A program made the translations under genes and the position numbers. DNA of 62,954 nt, the filler included, from Asterionella formosa (lineage: Eukaryota): the NCBI GenBank assembly GCA_002256025.1. It is 6 parts of 6 records of this genome, joined end to end, with 100 filler letters (N's around TTAATTAATTAA, not from the genome) between each part and the next. Parts side by side here need not be neighbours in the genome. Positions count along the whole stretch, not along the records: positions 1 to 10,444 come from NKIB01009499.1; positions 10,545 to 20,983 come from NKIB01009500.1; 4 more parts are not named here. One strand, written 5' to 3'. Of this stretch, positions 1 to 10,551 are shown in pieces. Under the pieces are notes generated by a model. That model was not told where the DNA came from. It saw only the letters and a list, made by a program, of their open reading frames with translations, and made no database searches. How positions within the stretch are numbered: the first letter of the stretch is position 1; every line of letters begins with the position of its first letter.

Positions 1-79
1 CCATTTCCTTTTGATCCGATTCTGTTTTATCTATTTGATTTCCTAATCATAACCGCAATGAGAAGTAATTACTCGCTCA

Positions 80-930
80 TTAGCCACGTTTTTTATATCT
101 CAACACTTCAGTCCCATTTTAGCATGCTCCACTTACCAGAAATCGATGAACTTTTCGCATAATTCAGTAAAATAATGTGTCAGTCAATGATCACATATGT
201 ACATATCGATAAGCCATTCCACCAATGTCATTTATAAGTTACAACAAAAGTCTTTGATTAAAATTATCCTGAAAGATTGAAAAACAAACATGTGTCAGTG
301 ATATTCTAACAGTGGCTCATTGATCCAAAAAGAGCATCTACAAGTTTTTGGTCGACATTGGTGGTATCCCGCTGAATGTGAAATGTGCTTTTGAATTGTT
401 GCTAGGCAAGGAGGCAATCATTTAGTCTTTGTGAACCCAATAATTGATCACCTTGGCATGTACTCTTGACATACCATAGATAGATTCCATTCACTCTTCC
501 ATTTTCAATCCTTCTAAGCCGCAAGGTTTATCATCATTGTGTGCGTTGAAGCGTCGTTCTTTCAGTTTTCCTTGCTTGTCACAGGTCAGAGATTATCTTC
601 CATTTCAGGATCATGTGGTACTGGTAGGCATAACAAGGAGCCTCTAAACATGATTTCAAATGTACAGGCTATGTATACATTTATAAAAATTTGAAAACAT
701 ATAAATATATAGACAAAATGTTTATACTATCATCAATTAAGCTTATGCATAATTCAAATATATTCAATGCATGAAGATATCATTGTTTTCCACGACCTGA
801 TGGGTGTACTGTTTTTGAATTTTTCCGCATCAACTCCTCTTGTACCTAGTACAAGTTAAGTAATTTAATTAAGCCCCTCAATTAGCGGGAGTCATACGAA
901 ATTTTTCATATGGTACAAATCATAAAATAT
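80..930 (+). repeat. Dispersed repeat family 'D', copy 1 (AT-rich, TE-associated)
   Basis: Aligns by eye to 49700-50460 (+) and to the reverse complement of 57980-58440, e.g. aacatgatttcaaatgt, gttttccacgac, aattaagccc.t.aat.a..ggagtcat. Confidence 0.8.
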
Positions 931-970
931 TTACCGGTAGATGAATCGCTCGAATCAATCTTTATGATGT

Positions 971-1280
971 ACAGATCATACCTCCTGGTTAGAAATGATT
1001 GCCAATAAATAAGATTACAGATGACAATTTTTAGCTTTTTTGATCTTACTTTTAACATGAATATATATTATTACTAAAAAATTACAGATCATACTTTGGT
1101 TAGATATGATTGCCAATAGATAAGATCACAGATAACAATTTTTAGCTTTTTTGATCTTACTTTAAACATGAATATATCTTACTACTAAAAAATTACAGAT
1201 CATACTTTCTGGTTAGATATGATTGCCAATAAATAAGATCACAGATAACAACTTTTAGCTTGTTTGATCTTACTTTTAAC
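971..1280. repeat. Tandem repeat, ~113-bp unit x ~2.8
   Basis: acagatcatac...ggttaga.atgattgccaata.ataagat.acagat.acaa.ttttagctt recurs at ~971, ~1084 and ~1196. Confidence 0.9.
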
Positions 1281-1560
1281 CTAAGTACGAGGTGACAATA
1301 GATATCAATGTCACCTTGTTTGTAAGAGAACAACGCGTTATTGCGTCCCCTCCATCACCAATAGACGATACCAATGTCGTCACCTTCTGCACAAGAACGT
1401 GTTGTAGCCTGAGTATGAGGTGACAATAGATACCAATGTCACCTTGTTTGTACGAGAAAGTATTATTGCGTCCCCTTCATCACCAACAGATACCAATGCC
1501 ACATTGTTGTACAACTACGTGATATTGCGTACCCTCAATCACCTTTAGATACCAGAATAC
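1281..1560 (-). repeat. Degenerate units related to the 60-bp satellite at 56785-57680
   Basis: ttattgcgtccc.tccatcacc.atagataccaatg is the reverse complement of the satellite core cattggtatctataggtgatggagggaacgcaataa. Confidence 0.75.
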
Positions 1561-1589
1561 CAAAGTCACTCCCTAACCCTATTCCTATC

Positions 1590-1860
1590 ATGGGCATGAT
1601 TCAAATTCAAATCAATCATACATGTAGTACGTTTACATACTACAAATATCTGTGCAACATACCGGTCTGTAGGTGTCACTATGATGGACATGATTTGAAT
1701 TCAAATCAATCGTATGCATACTGGTACGTATGTTTACATGCAAAAATATGTGTGCTACATATATATCGGTAGGTATCCCGATGGTGGGCATGATTAAAAT
1801 TCAAATCAATCATGTACATATGTTTACATACAAAAATATCTGTGCAACATATTGGTACTA
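1590..1860. repeat. Tandem repeat, ~97-bp unit x3
   Basis: tgg.catgatt..aattcaaatcaatc...gtttacat.c...aatat.tgtgc.acata at ~1590, ~1684 and ~1785. Confidence 0.8.
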
Positions 1861-2269
1861 CTACCAGGTACCAGGGTACCAGGTAGTACAATAGATGATA
1901 CAATTACAGTGGAACCTGGTACCAGTACTCACACACAAGTAGACTCGAACATGCATATGCATATATGCATATTTATCATGTCTTCTAAACTATAGATTGC
2001 TACAGCAGATATGTACATATACCCATGTATGACTGTCCTACTCATGCAACACAAATGATTCAAATTCAGATTGAGCGGTTGTTGATTTTTGCAGCCAGTG
2101 ATGGTATACATACAAAAGTACATGTATCGATATATATATACATACAATATTCTACATGATGATAAATATTATTCATATTAGATGATAAATCGAATTTATA
2201 TGATCATATGATCACCATTATAGTAAGATGCATCACACGAATTAGATGTTTTCTATTTGCAGATGCAGT

Positions 2270-2540
2270 GATTCTCATTCATTTGATAAATGAAAATACC
2301 GGCAGAAATGTAGAAGACATCACCTCTGAAGAAGAAATGGTTGAAAAGTTGCAAAACCAAGAAATATATCTAACTAGTTGTCCAGTACATCAAGATGAAC
2401 ATCATGAAAGCAGAGAAAATATTGCATTTCTAAAAGAAAAGATATTCAAGAAAAAGTTTGAGCTAGATCAAGACCTTGAATTCAAGAAGTTAAATGCAGG
2501 CAGAGATGTGATGCTGGCTAAGTCAGTTGATGCTGTTTCT
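2270..2540 (+). pseudogene. Fragment of ORF2 of the Plavaka-like element, running into an assembly gap
   Basis: MVEKLQNQEIYLT...HQDEHHESRENIAFLKEKIFKKKFELDQDLE is near-identical to part of ORF 25639..26376(-). Confidence 0.85.
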
Positions 2541-3489
2541 NNNNNNNNNNNNNNNNNNNNNNNNNNNNNNNNNNNNNNNNNNNNNNNNNNNNNNNNNNNN
2601 NNNNNNNNNNNNNNNNNNNNNNNNNNNNNNNNNNNNNNNNNNNNNNNNNNNNNNNNNNNNNNNNNNNNNNNNNNNNNNNNNNNNNNNNNNNNNNNNNNNN
2701 NNNNNNNNNNNNNNNNNNNNNNNNNNNNNNNNNNNNNNNNNNNNNNNNNNNNNNNNNNNNNNNNNNNNNNNNNNNNNNNNNNNNNNNNNNNNNNNNNNNN
2801 NNNNNNNNNNNNNNNNNNNNNNNNNNNNNNNNNNNNNNNNNNNNNNNNNNNNNNNNNNNNNNNNNNNNNNNNNNNNNNNNNNNNNNNNNNNNNNNNNNNN
2901 NNNNNNNNNNNNNNNNNNNNNNNNNNNNNNNNNNNNNNNNNNNNNNNNNNNNNNNNNNNNNNNNNNNNNNNNNNNNNNNNNNNNNNNNNNNNNNNNNNNN
3001 NNNNNNNNNNNNNNNNNNNNNNNNNNNNNNNNNNNNNNNNNNNNNNNNNTTCCCACTTTGTAAAACCTGATGATTGTCTGCTCGGGGGCAATCGCACTCT
3101 CGAATCAACGCCATACGGACATCACGTCTGTGTGGGCACCAACTCCTTTCGGAAGCCATTGGGATAGACGACGATGAGTCGACAGACCTACCTGGTCGTG
3201 TCAGATTCTAAGCATTGGTTCCGATTCACATCAATACAACAATTTCATACGACATTCTACGAATGCTTCTTCTGATTGTTTGGCCGGTATTGTTTTTAGT
3301 ACAAAATGTACACAGTTGTACAGCGCCATTGTCCTCTCCTGAATTCCTCGCTGTACTACCGTTTGCTTCGCGTTCCAGTTTTTACCATGGTCATTATTTT
3401 CTGGGATTGGCTAACTACAGAAGAACTAGTAAAAAGGCTCTTGCCTTTTTGAGCTTTTCGCTCCTCCTCGTCGGAGCCTCCTCGCCGAA

Positions 3490-4263
3490 ATGGCTGCACC
3501 TGCCGCTGCTCTCCCGCTACTCTGCCAGCCAGTAGAGATTTCCTCGTCGTCAGCCGCTAAGACGAACCAACGTCGGATCTCTCGCGTGCCTTGCAAAGCG
3601 CGTGGAACGTTCGAAAATCACAACGCATGGAATGCATTTATTGACATTCCAGACGACGCAACTCATGGAAGTGAATTAGCGTGCAGCCATGAAGCGTGCT
3701 CCGCGAGTGGACGTCGCTTTCGCTTTTGTGCTGTATGCGCGTTGCCAGTCGCTCATCGGAACTTTGTCAAGCGGCATGGTCATGGCATGATTGGACCCAG
3801 AGGTCAGAATATGGCAGCGGTCGTTGTCACGGAAGAGGAGGGAAGGTCATCCAAAAAGGCTCGTGTGGAAGCAGATGTCGTGGTATCTTCAGTCAAGGCT
3901 AATATTCCACGCATGGTGGTCATTCCCATTGTTGCCACCGCTGCAGCTGCTGACCAGCGTACGGCTCAGGAACGAATCTTCTTGGACCTCATGCAGACTC
4001 GACCTGTGGATGAGTCTCCCGACTTGAGTTTGTGGATTCAAAAGGTGCTGGATGCGACGACTAGCAAAGTGGGGACAAATGCTGGTGCTGGCGTCGAGAA
4101 TGCCTTTCCTACTGGCGATGCGTTTTTGGATCCATTGCCTGATGAAGTTGAGTCTTATGAAAGGGATCAGCTCCACGTCTTGGAGCACGATCAAGACGGG
4201 ATGGAAGCACAGGATGATGGAGATGACTGCTCCAGTATTGGGAGTACTTTTTTGCTCATTTGA
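3490..4263 (+). CDS. Uncharacterised diatom-family protein with a Cys/His-rich putative zinc-binding domain
   Basis: 257-aa ORF containing RVPCKARG..HN...IPDDATHGSELACSHEAC...FRFCAVCALPVAHRNFVKRH, a motif I recognise from expanded diatom hypothetical proteins. Confidence 0.8.
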   Translation: MAAPAAALPLLCQPVEISSSSAAKTNQRRISRVPCKARGTFENHNAWNAFIDIPDDATHGSELACSHEACSASGRRFRFCAVCALPVAHRNFVKRHGHGMIGPRGQNMAAVVVTEEEGRSSKKARVEADVVVSSVKANIPRMVVIPIVATAAAADQRTAQERIFLDLMQTRPVDESPDLSLWIQKVLDATTSKVGTNAGAGVENAFPTGDAFLDPLPDEVESYERDQLHVLEHDQDGMEAQDDGDDCSSIGSTFLLI

Positions 4264-4660
4264 ATTTTTGGATTACAGTACAAATAGAGATCCAAATTTA
4301 AAAATAGCGTAGGGAACGTATTTTGTAAATATATCATCCCTTGCTGTTTTTACAACAGTGCGTGCAGCACTCCGTAAAATCTTATAAAAATAGATTTTAC
4401 TTCCTAGTTCCACGTTCCCTGTTATGACAAAACTAAGAAATCTTCCATTGCGAAGATTTTTTTAAAGTCGTCGGACTTATTAAATCTGGGAAGGCACATT
4501 CGCATGGGGAAGTAAAAAAGAATTGGTAGATGGGTCCTTGCAGCTCATAACTGTTTGCTCTTAGGCGCTGATGTGCTAAGAAGCGAGCAGGCAGTGAATG
4601 CAGCCATGTTCGAACAAATTAAATGATACAATTAGTTGAAACGAAACAATGAATAGTGAA

Positions 4661-5698
4661 TCAAAACACCAATGGTTGTTGCTGAGTGACACAATTCAGA
4701 ATACCACCATCCTTGTAAATTTCTGTGCATTCTATCCCAATGACTTTGCGTTCTGGATACACATCTTGCAGCACCTTAATGGCAACAGAATCGTTGGGAT
4801 CGTTATAGGCTGGAACAAGGACAGCATTATTACCGACGTAAAAATTTGTGTAAATTCCGTAGTCCTTGAGCTTTGGGATCACTTTCTTAGTAAGCGGTAC
4901 GTGAACAATATGATATGGTTTTCCATTGACATCTTTTGCTTCTTGGATAATGTCATATTCCCTACTGTCCTCAAAGTCAGCTCGTCGAGTGGTAATGATA
5001 GTATCGCCGCGAGCAAACCTGGCCGTTCCGTCAATGTGATCGTCCGTAATATCGCCACCTTTACTCCCGTCCAGCCAAATGAAGTTTGTGACCCCGAAAT
5101 ATCGACAAAAATACCTCTCTGCATCTGCTTGTTTCCATCCTGGATTGCGATTGCCATTCAAAATGGACGATCGCTTGGCCATGAGAGTACCCCTACCGTC
5201 AACTTCGAATGATCCTCCTTCATTCACCATGGGAATAGAGTAGATGGGAATGTTGCATTTTTTCCCAATTATCTTAGGAACTTTATCACTGCGTTCGTAG
5301 TCTTCCTTCTTCCCCCATCCATTAAATTTCCAGTCGGTGATAACAAGCTTACTGTCATGACTGAAACAAAAGACTGGCCCATGATCGCGGATCCAAACAT
5401 CGTCTGACTCGGCAACATAAAAGTCAATCTGTGCTTGGTTGGCTTGTTTCAAAATGCTTTGAACTCGCTTCCGTTCGTCTTCGTTGTACACGACAAGATG
5501 AACTTTCTCCTTTACGTGCAATGCCATGGTAATTTCAATCCAGATTCTATCATACCGTTGAGTATGCTGTTTGTCCCAGCCATAATTATGAGGCCACTGC
5601 AACCACGTGCCTTCGTGAGGGTGATCCTGCGCTGGCATGGTAAATCGGTCGTCATTGTCTGGTAGTGACGGCACCTTGGGTGTGGATTGCTTGAACAT
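4661..5698 (-). CDS. aguA: Agmatine deiminase (porphyromonas-type PAD family)
   Basis: Intronless 345-aa ORF with the family motifs MPA..HPHEGTWLQWP, DVWIRDHGP, FNGWG, EGGSFEVDGRGT, DDHIDG..RF, YTNFY and GG..C.TQQQP. Confidence 0.93.
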   Translation of the reverse strand: MFKQSTPKVPSLPDNDDRFTMPAQDHPHEGTWLQWPHNYGWDKQHTQRYDRIWIEITMALHVKEKVHLVVYNEDERKRVQSILKQANQAQIDFYVAESDDVWIRDHGPVFCFSHDSKLVITDWKFNGWGKKEDYERSDKVPKIIGKKCNIPIYSIPMVNEGGSFEVDGRGTLMAKRSSILNGNRNPGWKQADAERYFCRYFGVTNFIWLDGSKGGDITDDHIDGTARFARGDTIITTRRADFEDSREYDIIQEAKDVNGKPYHIVHVPLTKKVIPKLKDYGIYTNFYVGNNAVLVPAYNDPNDSVAIKVLQDVYPERKVIGIECTEIYKDGGILNCVTQQQPLVF

Positions 5699-5989
5699 GG
5701 TGCTTGCGGATCAATCTCCGCCCAGCAAAATGAAGCGAAGAAGCATATTTTTGGTACACGTGAAGTTCTCCGAGCACGGTATATGCCGGACACCGGTATG
5801 CATAAATACCGGGAACAGCTACAGCATTTTTCCCTGGAGATATGATGTTTATAAATAGATGATGTGCATGTTAAGGTATAGTACCTAGTACCTGGTACCA
5901 GCTACTACTGCCTTCCGTTCTTCCGGTACTAGGAGTACTTCATTATATAAATTAATGACATGTAGCGCAATAATGAAGAATACTGAATA

Positions 5990-6438
5990 CCAACAGGACA
6001 CAAAGAACCGATGTGATCAAGAATGGTACAATTTGGCACCAGCCCTTATCCTTACCAAATTAATGATTGAGTGTACCAGGTTCCATGTTTGCTCCATTGC
6101 GAATCCTTCGGAGAAACTAAAATGTCGAGCAACAAGTCGTCATGGAAAAATTCATTGTCCAGTATCAAGGTCCTTATACAGATTGGATTCGAACATATCT
6201 TCACGATGGATGGGATGAAGTTTACTTTTTGCCAATAGCGGGAAATATCGGCCTTGTGAAAATGCTGACAGCCGACGATGATCTCAATTGCATATTGAAT
6301 ATCAGTTTCAGTCGAAGCGTCTTGTCATCTGGTCCTGCCAGCAAAACTGGAAGTGCGGGTATTATCCTTACATTGATTGCGACACGTAATATTAAGTCTG
6401 GTGAAGTCTTGCTTCTCGAAATTAAAACCGTTGTTTAA
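5990..6438 (+). pseudogene. Degraded SET-domain-like gene fragment
   Basis: LIATRNIKSGEVLLL resembles the SET C-terminal motif (A.RDI..GEEL). An APALIL segment lies upstream in another frame; frameshifted. Confidence 0.4.
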
Positions 6439-7108
6439 AACATTCCAGATCATGTTCCGAAGGGGTCGTCCTGGAATGAAACAAACATGAACAAGCCGGA
6501 AGTGCATATCTGGGTTTTTTGTCGTTTTAAGAATTTTTGCAAGTTGCGTTGACTTCTAATGTACACCTTGTATGGTCCACTTCATACCACAAGTCCTTGG
6601 GACGACCACCATGTCAAGGAAGCCCAACGCAGCGACGAGTTGTACAGGTATGTTCTTCCCAAGAATCACCACGAAGGATTTATTTTTCTGGATCTTCTTG
6701 GCCTTGGACATTGATTGTTAAAGTTAAACATTTACACTCAAGGCAAATCCCATTATTTCTCCTACATTTGTGCCGCCGCGTTGCTCCTTTGCGATCTCAG
6801 TTGACTCTCCCAGTACTTTCCTCGTCCTTCGCACCTAAATTCTTGATCCAATAATAACCATTTCTACTCAAGCTGCAAGAATCGTTCTAAATAAAAGTCA
6901 TGTAGATTACTCGCATGATGTCACTACAGCAAAACATTTGTAACTTGGAATTTAAATCATTTTCTAGTAAGATTTTTCAGGAACTCCAAGACCCTTTGAT
7001 TCGATGAAAGGTAATTCGAAACGGAACAAATTATAAACAGTAACAACTATTCGTTAGTACCATGGTAATATTTTTGAAATGTACGGTGCTCTGTTGTCTC
7101 TTGAGACT

Positions 7109-8098
7109 TTACCGCTCAAGACGAAAAGAATCGACAATAGCTTCGACTGTTTCTCGCTCCTTGCCCTTGGCTTCAAACTTAACGGCGTTAGACGACGTCA
7201 CAAGCATGTAAACTACCGAATCAACTTCATAGGCATCTACTAGCGCACGTCGTTCGACACGTAGACCATTACCTGTGACAGTCGCATACTTTATTGTCAG
7301 GCGTCGGCGGGTAGAAGTGCATGCGCCTTCGGGGCAGGATATGATTTGGGAACTGACTGAGGAAGTGGTAACTCGGTAATCTTCGACAGTGGTACCCCCG
7401 CGTACAATGCTGCCTTGCTGGTCAAAAATGGAATCACCAAAAAATTGTTTGGGAACAGTGGCCAAGGTCGTATTGACCGGAAGGCTGGCACGTAGGACGT
7501 ACAACTTATCGCCATTTCGTTGATCCACGTATTGGATGCCACCTAACATTCTGTCTAGTTGAAGCCAATCAGAGGGAAATTCGAACGTAATGTATATATA
7601 TCGCGAGCGTGACCCTGTAGGCGCTGCGAGCTGATCCTGATATCTATACAATGCGCCAATCCCAATTTTGGTCAGCTTTGGCTCTAACCCTAAACTGGAC
7701 CGTAACGCTGTTGTAGCAGCAGAACTCTGGACAGCATCAGGGGCAACTGGTGGCACTTTCATAGCGCTGCTTGTAGTTTCCGCCTTGATTTCTTGTACAC
7801 GAGTTGCAGCCGATCCATCGTAGGCTTTCAGCTGCTGCGAAAGAGAAACGCCACCATCCGTACGGAGACTGGAGACATCAATACCGGCAAGGGCGATTCG
7901 TGGTGCCACAAGAACGCATGCAAATGAAGCTCCTGTCGAGGCCATGAACGCTCGACGTCCCTCGTTTGTCATGAACACACAACAAGTTTGAGGGTGTCGC
8001 GATCGCTTCGTCAGTAAAAACGGTTGAAAGGCCTGCGCTGGTGGAATTATCAGCAGCATTGACACTGCCGTTACGAGAAGTACTTGCTGGATAACCAT
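7109..8098 (-). CDS. Plastid thylakoid-lumen protein, PsbP-like domain
   Basis: Signal peptide ending AQA-FQP (diatom ASAFAP-type), then a twin-arginine GRRAF + hydrophobic + ALA lumen peptide. The C-terminus VVYMLVTSS...ETVEAIVDSFRL is PsbP-fold-like. Confidence 0.8.
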   Translation of the reverse strand: MVIQQVLLVTAVSMLLIIPPAQAFQPFLLTKRSRHPQTCCVFMTNEGRRAFMASTGASFACVLVAPRIALAGIDVSSLRTDGGVSLSQQLKAYDGSAATRVQEIKAETTSSAMKVPPVAPDAVQSSAATTALRSSLGLEPKLTKIGIGALYRYQDQLAAPTGSRSRYIYITFEFPSDWLQLDRMLGGIQYVDQRNGDKLYVLRASLPVNTTLATVPKQFFGDSIFDQQGSIVRGGTTVEDYRVTTSSVSSQIISCPEGACTSTRRRLTIKYATVTGNGLRVERRALVDAYEVDSVVYMLVTSSNAVKFEAKGKERETVEAIVDSFRLER

Positions 8099-9044
8099 TT
8101 GGAGCGATAACTATACAAGGTGGAGATTGTCACAGAGATGTATATACCAATGTATGGTATTGAAATAAAAGTTGCACTGTTTCGACCAGTTTGGTCGGTT
8201 GCTCATCAAGTTTTGTGTCTGATCCATCATCGCATCGTCGCAGGCTAGTAAAATTTATTGGACTATATGTCGAGTGACGTACTTGATGTTCCTTTCTGTA
8301 AGGAAAGAATATCCAAAAAGTTGCCTTCTATCAGCATAAACGTTTAGACAATGTGTTGCGTTTCTCTGAAAGTTTATGTCCTCCTTCCGACACTAGCATG
8401 TACATTCTGAATTACTACCAGGGTACCAAACGACTAAATATGTATGTACTCTAGAACTCATTGTGGTGTTATGACTGAGACAGTCAGGCAAAATTTGCAT
8501 CTCACTTGATACTTGCAAAAGTGGTGATGATCAAATCACCATATCACGTGCTGCACCAGCATGATCATGTCGCTGTCATGATGTGTCCCGACATCCCGGT
8601 ATATGGCGACGTGATGATTCACATTAGTAAATCTTTCTGCCTCTCCATAATTCAAGTTTACCGCGAAAGTCGGGATGGTATCTTAATACGGTACCAGGTA
8701 CCTGTAGAGCCCATCAATATATAGTCAACGGGTTAAGCAGACCTAAATTTTTTTCTCATGACTCCTACTGATATCAACATTAAGAATAGACTATTAGCCT
8801 AGACTCAGCAATCATGCTGTGATATGGGAATCTAATTCATCATCACTGATAAGTTGCAACAATTCGAAGTGTTCAGGGGATATTCCGTGCATGATTCAGC
8901 ACCAGGAACGAATGTCTGTCTTGATCACTGCCACCTTCCATCCAGGGATCATGAAGTGAATTAGTTCACAAATAAAGCTGTTCACTTGAAATTGCATCCA
9001 TTCTTATAATTGCAAATTGAGGTTTTTGGAAAAATAGCATGGCC

Positions 9045-9948
9045 TCACAACTTGAAATCAAACATGCTCATATCAAAACAAGTGAGATCTGCCAACACCA
9101 AATCAGCAACGGCTTTGAATGTTGCTGAATCCATTCTCGGATCAGGAATTGCAATGACATGAGCCTTTGTCGCTTTCCCCGCTTGAACCCCAGCCATGGC
9201 ATCTTCAAATATAAGACATTCTTCTGGGTCTACCCCGAGTAAGCGGGCAGCATGGAAATATATATCTGGTGATGGCTTTCCATGATGAACGGCAGGGTCG
9301 TCCCCACAAACAATCACATTCATGTGCTTGAATATGTGCTCGTGCCTGTGTAAAAACGTGAGAGTCAGTTTGTATACGAAATGGCCAACATTTACTAGTA
9401 CAGGCAGTTGTCACCAATCGCACCTTTTTCTCTTTTTCGCAACACCCGCTTGGCGGCTAGATGTGGCGATTGCCATAGGAAGCCCGGCATTGGCAAAGGC
9501 TTGCACTAAATCAGCAGCACCTTTGCATGCCTCAACATCTTGACAATAATCATTCAAATTGGATTCCCATCTGTTGGTAACTTCCTGACTGTGTATAAAG
9601 ACAATTTTGTCATAAATGAAAATGAGAGAGAGACAACTCGGATATGAACTTAGTTCGCCTGGTAGATCCTTACATATAATTTGTGTTTGGAGTCATTGGC
9701 ACTCCCCAGTATTCTTGCGCATATTGCAACACTATTGGAACCCAATCGTTTGCTCTAAGCCCTAGAATTTGCTTTTTGAGCTCCCACGGAAGTCGAAAGT
9801 CAGTGTGCATAAGCTCTTGGTAGATGGATGTAGGTAGAGCATCACCCAAAGCATGAATCACGGCCTTGTCACTCAGCGCTTCCGTATCCAACAGTGTTCC
9901 GTCGAGATCAAAGAGAACAGCTCGGATTCGTTTACGTGAAAGGCTCAT
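9045..9948 (-). CDS. HAD-family phosphatase (pseudouridine-5'-phosphatase/GPP-like), 3 exons: 9948-9674, 9588-9424, 9345-9045
   Basis: Motif I FDLDGTLLDTE, motif II AIATSS, GKPSPDIY and FEDA. GT-AG introns at 9673-9589 and 9423-9346 keep the reading frame. Confidence 0.9.
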
Positions 9949-10282
9949 GACGATGACTGATGATGAGGGCTTGAATACAGATTTAGTATAAGCGTTCACG
10001 CAACCAGTATAAAGTTCACAAAAAAAATGCAATCGCGCCGTAATTTGCATTGTCGCAGAAAAAAAAATGTACAATGTAGAGTCCGGTACACGAACAAGAA
10101 CGAGCTTGTTGGCGCAGACAGCGCCCGAGATTTCTGCTGGACCGAATATATGAAACCTTGTCTGAATGCTTTTTATTTTAAATGTATACCGGTACCGGTA
10201 CACCTGATTCATGTTCAACAGAACAACATGAAGGAAATGGACTAATGGCACGTTCAAATATCGTGTAAAATGCATCGAGTTC

Positions 10283-10400
10283 AGGAACGACCATACCATG
10301 ATGACAATACCGCTTCCCGTCTGCTCAGCGAAGTCAAGCATCATCGGGCCCGGTTAGTACTACGGTGGGGGACCACGTTGGAATCCCGGGTGTTGTTCTT
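10283..10400 (+). rRNA. Eukaryotic 5S rRNA gene
   Basis: 118 nt. Terminal helix aggaacgac/gttgttctt, conserved ccatacc, gaagtcaagc and ttagtact..ggtgggggacc, followed by an oligo-T Pol III terminator. Confidence 0.92.
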
Positions 10401-10444
10401 TTAATACTTTTACAAGTCCTGTTCTTTTAATACTTTTACAAGTC

Positions 10445-10544
10445 NNNNNNNNNNNNNNNNNNNNNNNNNNNNNNNNNNNNNNNNNNNNTTAATTAATTAA
10501 NNNNNNNNNNNNNNNNNNNNNNNNNNNNNNNNNNNNNNNNNNNN
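10445..10544. other. Artificial contig spacer (N44-TTAATTAATTAA-N44); also at 20984-21083, 31491-31590, 41986-42085 and 52478-52577
   Basis: Identical 100-bp blocks carrying a stop codon in all six frames. Confidence 0.97.
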
Positions 10545-10551
10545 TGGTCCT

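Noticed and set aside
2208..3167. Long ORFs spanning 2541-3049
   Set aside because: They read through an N gap; only the part before 2540 has support.
4649..5212. Antisense ORFs over real genes (also within the copia elements, P4H and BTB)
   Set aside because: Shadow ORFs of the coding strand with no independent motifs.
9670..10344. 224-aa ORF extending upstream across the 5S gene
   Set aside because: HAD homology begins at ATG 9948; the extension is antisense 5S and promoter sequence.
10489..10500. TTAATTAATTAA as a biological motif (e.g. piggyBac target)
   Set aside because: It is centred in identical N spacers and is a synthetic six-frame stop linker.
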